A stretch of 64,000 bases of DNA from Octopus bimaculoides (GCF_001194135.2 NC_068996.1:7719875-7783874); one strand, 5' to 3'. Positions 50,420 through 62,789 are shown, counted from the first letter of the stretch. A program made the numbers and translations. Notes: generated by a model from the letters alone, not told the origin.

Positions 50420-52002
50420 NNNNNNNNNNNNNNNNNNNNNNNNNNNNNNNNNNNNNNNNNNNNNNNNNNNNNNNNNNNNNNNNNNNNNNNNNNNNNNNNN
50501 NNNNNNNNNNNNNNNNNNNNNNNNNNNNNNNNNNNNNNNNNNNNNNNNNNNNNNNNNNNNNNNNNNNNNNNNNNNNNNNNNNNNNNNNNNNNNNNNNNNN
50601 NNNNNNNNNNNNNNNNNNNNNNNNNNNNNNNNNNNNNNNNNNNNNNNNNNNNNNNNNNNNNNNNNNNNNNNNNNNNNNNNNNNNNNNNNNNNNNNNNNNN
50701 NNNNNNNNNNNNNNNNNNNNNNNNNNNNNNNNNNNNNNNNNNNNNNNNNNNNNNNNNNNNNNNNNNNNNNNNNNNNNNNNNNNNNNNNNNNNNNNNNNNN
50801 NNNNNNNNNNNNNNNNNNNNTTTTTTTTTTTTTTTTTTTTACTTGTTATTCAAACAAATTAGTCAATGTTAGTTTAATTGACTTGTGTTGAACACAATGT
50901 CAGACAAAAATGATACATTTTTTCATCCATATAGCTTTAGAAAATACAAGTGGAATGATGTGACTTGTTCAAGACAATTATGCAGTTCCTGGCCTCATCA
51001 GACCTTTGATAAATTACTATGGTTTCTGATAATGTTGGTAGATGTAGTTCACCTAAATATGCAGTCGTAATGGATGCAATCAACATGGGTTTAGACAAGC
51101 CTCCATCATCAGAATAGAGAAGATCTTAAATTTCAGATTTCAATGCAGAAAAGTTCAAAGATGGGATGAATAAAAGTGCAGAACCAGCTGTATTTGAGTA
51201 GGGAATTGGAGGGTCGGTGGGGTTGTGAAGACAGGGAACAGTGAGGAGAGATAAGAGAGCTAGTTCAGGAAGAGGGGGGGTGGGGCTATTAATGAGGGTG
51301 TTAAGAAGGTGGTACTAAAGGTGGAGAATTTGGGAGACAAATGGAAAAAGTAGGATAGATAATAATTGAAGGGCAGTCTGTTTTGTTGAATTTGATGAAA
51401 ACAGACACACACACCATCAACCCCATCCTTAAATGCCACTTTTCCATACAGGCATGGGCTGGGCAGTTCAATAGGAGCTGGTAAACTGTCTGATCTATGC
51501 CAGTATATAAAAAAAATAAAGTATAAAATACATTCTACTTAAGAAAAATGCCATAAGCAAAGGATGAACCAATTGTTAATTTGAAGAGGACCCTGAATGA
51601 TTTGCTGCACGAAGCATTTTAGAGGATTCTCTGTAATAATTTGTGAAAGCCATAGGCAGAAGCCTTGTTCAATCACCTGGCTGTACCCTAATTCAACAAC
51701 TCTGGATGGTCTGGGCAGGAGGCTGTATGAAAAAGCAAGATACCCAGCAGCCATGAGTTGTAACAGTCAATAGGAGGCCTGGGGTCAGGTGTGATTAAGG
51801 AACAGTGGAGAGTTTGGGTGAAAGCTATAAGAAGCTAGGAAAGAGAAATGTATGAGGAAGTGATAAAGAGAAGGGAAGGTAAGGCACATATTAAGGTCCT
51901 CATTTAACAATAGTTTATATTGACACTAAAGGGACTTTAGAATCACTGTGTATATAGATTAGTTCACATAGCTGTCAAGAAGAGATGCCAAACCAAGGAA
52001 AT

Positions 52003-52178
52003 ATTACAGTTGTATATTTAAGAGATGAGGAATTATGTACATTATTTACATTTGATGGATATTTGTCCTCATCTTGTTTGTTGTTAACACAACGTTTCGA
52101 CTGATATACCCTCCAGCCTTCATCAAGTGTCTTGGGGAAATTTCAAACCTGGGTTCTCATTCATAAGGTATTTTTCGA

Positions 52179-52210
<32 letters not shown>

Positions 52211-52508
52211 TCACTGCCTGGAATCGAATTCGGAATCTTGGGGTTAGTAGCCCGCACTCTTAACCACTGTTAGCCCACGGGCATATGGCATAGTGGTTAA
52301 GAGAGCGGGCTACAAACCCCAAAATTCTGAGTTCGATTCCAGGCAGTGACCTGAATAATAATAATATTGAAAAAATACCTTGGGGAAATTTCGAACCTGG
52401 GTTCTCTTTCCTAAGACACCTGACAAAAACTGGAGGGTATATCAGCCGAAACGTCATGTTAACAATGAACAAGATGAGGACAAATATCCGTCAAATGTAA
52501 ATAATGTA
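52003..52508. mobile_element. Head-to-head inverted pair of the same tRNA/hammerhead SINE-like element (locus 2)
   Basis: The + copy has A-box TGGCATAGTGG (52286-52296), B-box GAGTTCGATTCC (52329-52340), (AAT)n and a decayed HHR (52415-52460). The - copy spans 52003-52268 with an HHR at 52086-52131 (C3>U). Confidence 0.85.
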
Positions 52509-52883
52509 AATCTAAGAAATATTCTTGAATTTACTGGGATCAGATAACACTGACAGGCTAACAACTTCTACAAATTGTTATTAAAGAGAATCCTCTAAAA
52601 TGCCTCATGCAGAGAATCACCAGGAGACAACTTCAGATTGATAATTGGTTAGACTTAATACTCATATTACTATGTAATTAAGTTTCATAATGAAAAATGT
52701 TTTCATACAAACTAAACCAGATGTTAGACATTGTTTTCATTTTCTCAACGAGAAAGAAATTCTAAAATCAATAACTAAAACAGATTAGTAAAGAAGAACC
52801 GTGTTTGTATACTGTTCAAACATCAACGATTAAAGAAAGAGAGAAAAAAATAAAGAAAACTGATGATGTAGTATACTCTATAG

Positions 52884-53145
52884 CAGTGGTTCCCGAAGTG
52901 GGTGATACTGCCCCACTGGGGGTGGTGGAAGAAAAGTGGGATGATATTGGGGTGGCCAAAATGGGGTGATAGATGTAAAAAAAAATATCAATAGGTTAAT
53001 TAAGTTTAAGTCTTATTTGTGAAATAGTTATTTTGAATTTGCTACAGAAAAATGGTCTATATTTGTGGTGGGGAGGGAGAGGGGATGTTAGGAATGTGGT
53101 CTGGGTGTCAAGCGGGTGGCAGCCTGAAAAATTTGGGAACCACTG
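52884..53145. mobile_element. hAT MITE with perfect target-site duplication
   Basis: TIRs cagtggttccc / gggaaccactg; 8-bp TSD CTCTATAG on both sides (52876-52883, 53146-53153). Confidence 0.92.
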
Positions 53146-53609
53146 CTCTATAGGTTTAAACTATCTTACTACTCCTCTCCATTAACAATTCTTTGAACAG
53201 CTAAAACCTATCGTTTGGTCTCAACATGAACTCAGAAGAGTTACAGGCAACAGTGACTCAGATAACAGATGACTGTAAAAGATCAGGCAACTCTGGATCA
53301 AACAGCAGATAACTGTACAATTTCAGATGGCAGTAGATCAAAGCATAGATAAGTGTAGAGTTTTAGATAACCATGGATCAAATTATAGATAACTGTTGTT
53401 TTAGATAACAGTGACTCAGACCTTGGATAAATCATAAAGCTAATTTTAGAGAATTTCGAAAGCAACTTTAATAAGTTATACATACAACAAACACACAGAT
53501 ATAAACACATGCAGGAAGCTACATGAAGACACACAGACTTCAATGCATACAGCAGATATGCACAATTAGACACACACACACACACACACATAGAAACACT
53601 CATGTAGGT

Positions 53610-53998
53610 GTAGAGAGAAACAGAGAGAGGGAAAGACAGAAATGGAGGGAGAGAAAAAGAGAGAAAAAGAGAGAGAGGAGACAGAAGGAGAAAGACAAAA
53701 AGAAAGAGACAAGATACAGAAAGAGAAAGACAAAAAGAGAGAGCGGAGACAGAAGGAGAAAGACAGAAAGTGAGAGAGAGAGAGCAGGAGAGGGAGCAGG
53801 AGAGAGAGCAGGAGAGAGAGTGAGAGAGAGAGTGGGAGAGAAGAGAGAGAGGGGGAGAGAGAGCAAGAGAGAAAGGGAGAACGAGAGAGAAAGAGAGAAA
53901 GGGAGAGCGAGAGAGAAAGGAGAAGGGAGAGAGAGAGAGAGAGAGAGAGAAAGGGGGAAGGAGAGAGAGAGAGAAAGAGAGAGAAAGAAAGAGAAGGG
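53610..53998. repeat. Degenerate (GA)n purine tract (polypyrimidine on the transcribed strand)
   Basis: About 390 nt of almost pure G/A; explains the RE-rich and SL-rich pseudo-ORFs. Confidence 0.95.
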
Positions 53999-54167
53999 AG
54001 CTTTACTGGAAATATTAACCAAACTGTATGTATAGGTGTCCTTGTTTAAAATTTATTATCCTTTCTCACCAAACTTGTGGCATTGAACATTAATATGTTG
54101 CAGCAATTATACAAATGGTGGTGGTGTTGGTGGTGGTAACAGAAGGTAAATGAGGACTGAATCTTAC

Positions 54168-54246
54168 CACAATCTGGTCCAATAATTTGCCTGATGTTGT
54201 CTGTAACATGTCTTCAAATTCCATGCTCATACGTTTCGCAACCCAT
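54168..54246 (-). CDS. PDZD8: PDZD8 exon (SMP domain, first visible exon): (R)WVAKRMSMEFEDMLQTTSGKLLDQIV
   Basis: Acceptor tttttacag|A, donor GTG|gtaaga; 79 nt, phase 2 to 0. Resembles vertebrate PDZD8 RRWVTKKIKVEFEELLQTKTAGRLLEGL (recalled sequence). Confidence 0.93.
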
Positions 54247-54802
54247 CTGTAAAAATACATCAGAAAAATACATATATAAAAAATATGCATAAAAGAATTG
54301 TGGGCAAGTAAGATATACAGATGAGCGTTTCTAAAGATTAGCTTAAAACTCCAAGAGAAAGTATTAAATATAATCATCTGTAGACATACTTTCAAAGTGT
54401 TCTATAAAATAATCAAATTCATTTTAAGCAACCTATGATATTACCAAAAATACTCTTACTAATCAAGTAAGATGCCAAATGCAATCTTGAACAAGAAGCA
54501 AACCAAAATGAAGAAAGTAACTGACAAGTTCCCATCGTTTGAATGCTGTAGATTTCTATAACAGTGACAAAGGATATTTTGACTGTTGATGGATGCAGTT
54601 CTAATGGGTTAGTATGGCAGAAAGGATGTCAAGAACAGCTTTATGTCAGATTGTAGTTCTTTTTTGTGTGCAAGAAGCCATTATTAATATCAGAAGATAT
54701 CCCATAGGATAAACTAATCTCATTCATTTAAGCTGCAACAAACAAAATATTCAGGAAGTAGGTTATGATTTAAGTTGAGCATAGGCAACCTTTCTTGAAA
54801 AG

Positions 54803-54923
54803 CAGGCCACACGAAATGGAGCTCGTCACACCGGGCAGGCCACATGAGATGAGGCTCGTCACACCAGGCAGGCCGCACGAGACGAGGCTCGTCACACCAG
54901 GCTGGCTGCATGAGACAAAGCTC
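54803..54923. repeat. 33-bp tandem repeat (3.7 units) just inside a hAT-like terminus
   Basis: Unit caggccacatgagatgaggctcgtcacaccagg at 54803, 54836, 54869 and partially at 54902; preceded by gcataggcaacct. Confidence 0.85.
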
Positions 54924-56519
54924 ATTATCTGGAAGGCTGCACTACTAAAAAACTTCAAGGTCATTTTTCATTACGTATGCCATTTAGACAACCATGTAGG
55001 ATGCAGTTTTCTCGTGACATAATTAAATTAATGTGTAAGAGGGTGTCAAACTAAAAAATTACATTTGCATGAAGAGGGGTAAAACTGTTACTAATATCAT
55101 ACTAAGTCAGACGCTGGGGATAAATGAAGACTAAAATATTGCAATACTCATCAGAATATCTTTAGTTTGAGGTTCAATACGAGCTTGCTAATCAAATTTT
55201 CTCATTACTGTTGCATGTTATACTGTTTATTTTATAAATGTATATAATTATCTTATTCTATATATATTTCCCTATTTCAGTTCATAAATCCTTTTGTTAC
55301 CATTTTCTGTTGAAATACACTGCCTTTATTTCAATTAATTTTGAAAATATTGAAGAATTTTGTCATTATTAAGCTGATGTTTGGAACATAAATTAACATC
55401 GAATTATGATGGGTGATTTTAATTTAGATCACATTAAAACAGGAAATTTGTATCAGAGAAACAAGTGCAGTCTCAGGCAAATTGACATCAAAAGGATTAA
55501 TAAAATAGTCAACTCTAATTTATTCAGTTACATAATGCTTAGATAATATTAAAACATTCTTTAGAATACCTAGATGTTGTATATGAGGAGGCCTCAACCA
55601 CCAGGCTATGTATCATTTCTGAACAGAAGGGATGAATTTTTACATTATATATTTATTTTTCATTGTTTTTACTTTATATATGTATTGCATTTGTAATATA
55701 TATGTATTATATATATAATAATTTACTTATATATTATGAACTTTATCGTGTTTTGTTATGTGCGTAATCTCCCAGTACTGGAAAACCTGTCTTGTGTGGA
55801 ACCAGTCTGTGGTACAAAAAAAGAAAGGTTGGGGACTGCTGTTCTATACAGTAAATTAATTTTTGCTCAAATCCAGTAACATGTACATAACTAACAGATA
55901 TAAACAAACTCGTACATAAATGTCACAGCTGCCAGATTCATAAGAAATCAATAATAAATTTAAAATAACACATTCAAAGTCTTTCACTGGTTTCAGTCAT
56001 TAGACTGAGCTGTGCTGGAGTACCAACTTCAAAGATTTAATCAATCAGATTGCTCCTAGTATTTTTTTTTCAATCTGGTAGTCATTTTATCGAATCTATT
56101 TGTTGAACTGCTACATTACAGGACAATAATAGGGTATACCATGAAAATGTATGTCCTCAGACAGCACTAAAGAACAATGAAAAGAGAGAAGCATGAGATA
56201 TTGGTCTTGGTACATTTAGTATATTCTGCATTTCAAATAGATTGACTTTTTGTTTCTAGAATTTTGAATAGTCTAACATTTGATTAGATATACTTTGTGT
56301 GTGTTTGACTGCATGCATGGGGGGGGGGGCTCAGACAAAATTTTAGGTGAATTTTCTACAGCTTGATGCCCTTCCTATTGCCTACCATCACCTATTTCCT
56401 CATGGCCAGACATGTTTTGATGGAAGATTGGAAATAAACACCACTTACATGATGGCAACATTTGTTTACAACCATTACATGAAGACAAGGAACGGAGAGA
56501 GTAGTGTTCACACACAATA

Positions 56520-56616
<97 letters not shown>

Positions 56617-57447
56617 CATCATCATCATCATCATCATCANNNNNNNNNNNNNNNNNNNNNNNNNNNNNNNNNNNNNNNNNNNNNNNNNNNNNNNNNNNNN
56701 NNNNNNNNNNNNNNNNNNNNNNNNNNNNNNNNNNNNNNNNNNNNNNNNNNNNNNNNNNNNNNNNNNNNNNNNNNNNNNNNNNNNNNNNNNNNNNNNNNNN
56801 NNNNNNNNNNNNNNNNNNNNNNNNNNNNNNNNNNNNNNNNNNNNNNNNNNNNNNNNNNNNNNNNNNNNNNNNNNNNNNNNNNNNNNNNNNNNNNNNNNNN
56901 NNNNNNNNNNNNNNNNNNNNNNNNNNNNNNNNNNNNNNNNNNNNNNNNNNNNNNNNNNNNNNNNNNNNNNNNNNNNNNNNNNNNNNNNNNNNNNNNNNNN
57001 NNNNNNNNNNNNNNNNNNNNNNNNNNNNNNNNNNNNNNNNNNNNNNNNNNNNNNNNNNNNNNNNNNNNNNNNNNNNNNNNNNNNNNNNNNNNNNNNNNNN
57101 NNNNNNNNNNNNNNNNNNNNNNNNNNNNNNNNNNNNNNNNNNNNNNNNNNNNNNNNNNNNNNNNNNNNNNNNNNNNNNNNNNNNNNNNNNNNNNNNNNNN
57201 NNNNNNNNNNNNNNNNNNNNNNNNNNNNNNNNNNNNNNNNNNNNNNNNNNNNNNNNNNNNNNNNNNNNNNNNNNNNNNNNNNNNNNNNNNNNNNNNNNNN
57301 NNNNNNNNNNNNNNNNNNNNNNNNNNNNNNNNNNNNNNNNNNNNNNNNNNNNNNNNNNNNNNNNNNNNNNNNNNNNNNNNNNNNNNNNNNNNNNNNNNNN
57401 NNNNNNNNNNNNNNNNNNNNNNNNNNNNNNNNNNNNNNNNNNNNNNN

Positions 57448-57643
57448 GTACGCATGCGTCATACAGTCTGCCTTTTACTCTGAGTGAGAGTCCCTTTGTC
57501 GCCAGCAGGGGTAAGAGCTCTCTAAACTTTGCCCAGGCTATTCTTATTCTAGCAGCTACACTTTCAGCGCACCCACCCCCACTACTAACTTGGTCGCCCA
57601 GATAGCGGAAGCTATCGACTACCTCTAGTTTTTTACCCTGGAA
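57448..57643 (-). mobile_element. Second copy of the same RTE LINE (RT fragment), running into an assembly gap
   Basis: FQGKKLEVVDSFRYLGDQVSSGGGCAESVAARIRIAWAKFRELLPLLATKGLSLRVKGRLYDACV; near-identical to part of 28949-29303. Confidence 0.9.
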
Positions 57644-57644
57644 T

Positions 57645-57679
<35 letters not shown>

Positions 57680-57704
57680 TGTGTGTGTGTGTGATTTCAA
57701 AATG

Positions 57705-57900
57705 TAACCACGTGTGTATCGTTAGCAATTTTCTTCCTCTGTCTTCCCTTCTTTTGGATTTTCCTCTATTTCTGAAGAAGAGCTTTGCTCAAAATGTTAA
57801 ATCCTCTTTCTTTTCTTTCCTGAGCGTCTGATAATACAGTACTTGTACCATGTCCTCACGATTTTTCTTGTTTGTTCTTCTTTGTTTGGATTCACTATAT
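57705..57900 (+). mobile_element. Penelope-like repeat fragment with a degenerate minimal hammerhead (57768-57802)
   Basis: attt-CTGAAGA-a-gagc(ttt)gctc-aAAA-tg-T-T-aaat. Stems I and II are perfect; G12 is mutated to A. Confidence 0.55.
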
Positions 57901-58249
57901 ACATATATATATATATATATATTGTAGGGTAGGTTTGAGAAGCCAGATCTGGTCAGTGTGAACATAACAGAATATTTGGGCCAGATATGACCAGTTTAAA
58001 TACTGAAGGGTTAAGGTTTTCTATGAAGGAAGATCCAACTAAAATTAATACCATTTCTAAGAATAAAACATTATTAAAGCTTCAATTTGTATTTTTAATT
58101 AACCCCTTTTCTATGCATCTAGTATCTCTTTAAAAAAAATTTTGTAAGGTAAACTTTTCAATATTTTACATCCAACTTCTCTACCCATTGGCTCCTAAGA
58201 GGATCATTGAGATAAAATCCTCTGCCACCAGAGGATCCTATCAGAAGCA

Positions 58250-58560
58250 ACAATCAGACGTTCTGGCTGGATTCTCAACTATAATAAACAAAGACCATGG
58301 ATATTGGTCTCTCCCTCCATCTCTTGCTAGCTGTCTTGGAGAATCCATCTTGTGATTTTTTTTCAGTGCCATTCAAATCAAATGTCCTTAGTACAGGAGC
58401 TATGATCACTCAGTGCAGTAAAGTGATGGTTCAACCGTGGAAAGAATCCCCAATGTCCAAGCTACACATCCTGTTGATTAACATTACTGCAGAGATCCTT
58501 TGGAGAAATCTAATTTTGGCTGCTTGTATTTGCAAATCCTATTTGTTCAGTTGTTGTCCA
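58250..58560 (-). mobile_element. Decayed RTE-type LINE 3' fragment
   Basis: Minus-strand LQIQAAKIRFLQRISAVMLINRMCSLDIGDSF resembles RTE 'IQAAEMRFLRRI...DRVRSSDIRE'. Confidence 0.6.
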
Positions 58561-59460
58561 ATATTCATTACCATATTTTATATCCTAATTAATTTTTCTG
58601 TTAATATAATCTTTTATATCAAAAAAATCAAAAACAACACAGCACTCACGACTTTGGAAAATTTTCTTTTCATGCTCAGAATTGCTGAAACAGGGAATAA
58701 ACTACCTGCTTCAGTTATTAGCTGTCGAGACACTACACAACTTCCATGCTTCCTGATATTTGCCAACAATACACCTGATGCCCTCTACCCTGTTTTTTTT
58801 TTTTTTTTTTNNNNNNNNNNTTGAAGACTCAGACTCATTCACTGTTCACTTCCTATGCATATTCTATGTACTGTTCATGCAGTTTTTGTTACTTTTTTCT
58901 GATGATTTGTAGTGCACCTAAACACTGTATACAATAAGTTCATCATCATTATTACCTCTGCCTTCATGAAAGCAGAGGTATTGTTTTCAGTTGTGTTTGT
59001 TTGTCTGTCTGTGGACAAGAATCTCAAGAACCGCCGGATGGATTCGGATGAAACTTTCAGGGATATTTGGCCTCATGATTGGCACAAACTGATTAGATTT
59101 TGGGATCGATCAAGTACCGGACAAGGATTCTGGATTATTTTTTATATTTTCTTTACTTTACATGTAAAGTTTCATATAGTTCTCTTGTATATACACACAC
59201 ATACACTCACACATTTTCAGCATTGAACATTACCATCCCATTTCCACTGTACACACACATGCACGCAAACATACCTCTCTTTTACACACACATATACTCA
59301 CACTTCAAACACCATTTATTGGCTTTTTCACTTCTTCCTTCGTTATTCATCTATCACCCTTTCCTCTTTCATTCACACGACGCTCTCTTTGCCCCATTTA
59401 TCCCCTCTACCTTCACCTCTCACTCCGGCTCATTCATATATATATACATATATATATATT

Positions 59461-59498
<38 letters not shown>

Positions 59499-62436
59499 TA
59501 TGTAAAAAGACAATGCTCATTATTAATTATATAAGGATATTATACATATATTTTAACACTTTACAGTATACTTACATATACATAATTCTATACATTGATC
59601 TAAAACAAGAGGATTACTAAAAGAAGACCAGAATTTAAGACCACGATACAGTATGCATTTCATTACAATTATAATTTTTATGTTTAATTACGTTTCTCTA
59701 CCAAAGTTCCTGTTGCATTTCAACCAGTGTTTCCAAAACTTTTACGTAGTTGACTCCCAAAGACTTATCAATATGTGTGCACTCAAGTCATGCAAATATT
59801 TTCATTACCCATTCAACACACACACAGCATTACAAACACAACCTGCACATTCCATGACTTCCATTGGGATCGATCAGGTACCAGACAAGGTATATGAAAT
59901 ATTTTTCTGTTTGAGAGCGATCGGATTCATTTTTAGTATTCTCATTTGTGAGAGCAGTCAATTTTATTTCAGATATTCTATTTTAAAAATCGTTGAGAGG
60001 ACATTGCTATTATTATTATTATTATTATTATTATTAGGTGCAAGCTGGCAGAATCGTTAGCAAAAATAGCTGAGCAAAATTGCTTTGCAGTATTTAGTCC
60101 ATCCTTGCATTCTGAGTTCAAATTCTGCTGAGGTCATCCTTTCAAGGTCAATAAATTAAGTACCAGTGAAATACTGGGGTCAACATAATTGACTAGTCCC
60201 CCTCCCTCAAATTTCAGGCCTTATGCCTATAGTAGAAAGGATTATTATTATTATTACTATTATTATTAAAGCAGCAAGCTGGCAGAAACATTAGCACACT
60301 GGACAAAATTCTTAGCAGTATTTCGCCCATCACTACATTCTGAGTTCAAATTCTGCTAGGGTCAACTTTGTCTTTCATCTTTTTGAGGTCAATAAATTAA
60401 GTATCAATGAAACACTGGGGCTCGTCATAATTGACTAGTTCCCTTCCCCAAAATTTCAGAAAGGGTTATTATTATTATATAACATTTTGTTAATGTACTT
60501 GCATGGTGAGTGATTTGATCTGGGACTGCATTTTGAAACTAAAATAATTAGTGAAGAAGACACAATTTAGCCATTCAGAAATCACAATAGCTTAACTTCA
60601 CTTACGTATTTATTAGTTGGTGACAAAATTTTGTTGCACCAACCGTGACCAGGTCACAGCTGGTGCCACAGTAATTGGATATAAATCTACAAAATATTAT
60701 ACATCTATATATCATTTTCTTCTTACAGAACTCATAAGTTTTTAGCATTTAAATTCTTTTTTTTTTTTTAGAATTTAGATACAATAAAAAAATAAATAAT
60801 CCAGCCATTGTTTGTGAGAATATGTAACTGGATAGGCTTATCTAAACCTTGATAATGTAAAAATCACATGAATTATATATTATAGGCATGGCTATGTGAC
60901 TAAAGCTTTCGTTGCAACCATGTGGTTTTGAGTTCAGTTCCACAGTGCAGCAATGTTTCCTACTACAGCCCTAGGTCAATTAATGCTTTGTGAGTGAATT
61001 TGGTAAATGGAAATTGTATGGAAGCCCATTGTGTGTGTGTGTATGTGTGTGTGTGTCAACTGTTTAACAACTGGTGATGGCTTGTTTACATCCCAGTGAC
61101 TTAGCAGTTTGGCAAAAATGACTGATAGAATAAGTACCAGACTTGAGAAAAAAAAAATTAAGTACTGGGGTCAGTATGTCCAACTAAAACCCTTGAAGGT
61201 GGTGCCCCAGCATGACCACAGTCCAATGACTGAAAGAAGAAATATGTGAAATTTCAAATTAATGAAGAAGTGCTAATATTTTTACTGCACATACATTTAT
61301 TGTTTAGCTTGATCAAGCAAGAAAACTTATGATTAAAGGTCATTCCAGTAATGGCCATCCCACATGTAAATATCTATATGTTATTTCTTTCCAGATAGGA
61401 TATAATTTGAGGCATATTTGGCTGCTATTTCTATCATGTCAATCAACTGACCATGTAATGACACCTTTGTTCACTCATTATTGGACACACGCATACATAT
61501 AACCTTCACAAGTGTAAATGATAGAGAAATCATTAAGATAATTAATAGTTAGGAGTAAATAAACCCCCAGATTGTAGAAAAACAGGTTTTTTTGCAGAGA
61601 GGGGTGTTTATGGAGTGGCTAGGTGATGGATTTGTTCCGAAATAAATAAAGACAACAGAGGAACAGCAAATAAATCTGGAAACAAGTTATATAGAATGTA
61701 GAATAAAAAAAACAAAAAAAAGAAATCAAAAACAGAAACTACTAAAATGAAAAGTTCTGTTAGTGGTCAGTAGTGGAGTTGCTGGTGGTTTTGGTGGTGG
61801 CAGTAGCAACAGCGACAGTAGTGGTGGTATTGTAGGTGGTGGCAGTGTTATTGTAGGCAGTGGTATTGGTGGTGGTGGTGGAGGTATAATTTCCTAATGG
61901 TGGTGACGTTGGTGGAGATGGTTATGCTATTGGTGGCAGTGGTGCTGCTGCCGCTGTTGATGTTGGTTGTGGACAGCAGTTATTGTTTCTCAAGGAGGAG
62001 GAAGATTAAAAACAACAAGGAATGGTATGGGATTAAAAGGGATTATTTATAAATTACTTAAATTGGTTACGAAAGAAAGCTTTTTCTAGAACTGCTTGCA
62101 TAATTAGAGTCTTAGAGCTGACATTAAAAAGTTGCTAGTCAGAATATGTCAACAACTGATGTGGTTTTGAGTTTCAAAATGTTATTTTATTTTTTAAGGA
62201 TTTTTATTTCTTTTATTTTTTTCTTTGCTTAAATGGAAGATTTTAAAAATCATTGTTGTTGATGTTATTGTCAGTGCTGCTGCTGCTACGACTATTTTTT
62301 TTTTTGCCAATAAAAATTAACTTGACATAAAGCTTTTGTAAATGGCATTTTAACTACCAAATTTCATTCAAAAGGTATTGGTCAACTCGTGGGTATATTA
62401 GAAGAAACTTGCTCAATAATAATAATAATAATAATA

Positions 62437-62789
62437 AAGAAAAAATGTTTTCTAATCGATGCATCAATATGACAATGTCTATAAGAAATGGAAAAAGTTT
62501 CACGATACAATTATTTGGAAATAGAGATAACGAGAATGTGGAGTCTAAAAACAGAAACAATTCCTATCATAGTAGGGGCATTAGGTATGATAAAAAAAAT
62601 ATTCAGACAAATCTGTAACAAAAACACCAGGACTCACAAGTATATATAACTAGGCACTGCACACATCCTACATAAATCACTTTCAATACAGTGAAAATAA
62701 GAGCATCACAACAAACCACAGCACATATCCAAGGTATACAGAGCTGAGATCAGTAATGCAGTGAAAGCACCTGATAAAAACAAGACTAG

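Noticed and set aside
52279-52351. Possible tRNA gene
   Set aside because: Has A and B boxes but no convincing acceptor stem or T-run terminator; it is the head of the SINE-like element.
53523-54035. 170-aa RE-rich ORF (and antisense SL-rich ORF)
   Set aside because: Translation of the (GA)n tract.
54720-55022. ORFs with 11-aa repeats (GRPHEMRLVTP)
   Set aside because: A consequence of the 33-bp tandem unit in a transposon end.
58646-58775. Possible upstream PDZD8 exon ending at a gtgagt donor
   Set aside because: The + strand encodes a CR1-type LINE terminus (FMLRIAETGNKLPASVISCRD); the minus-strand peptide is not SMP-like.
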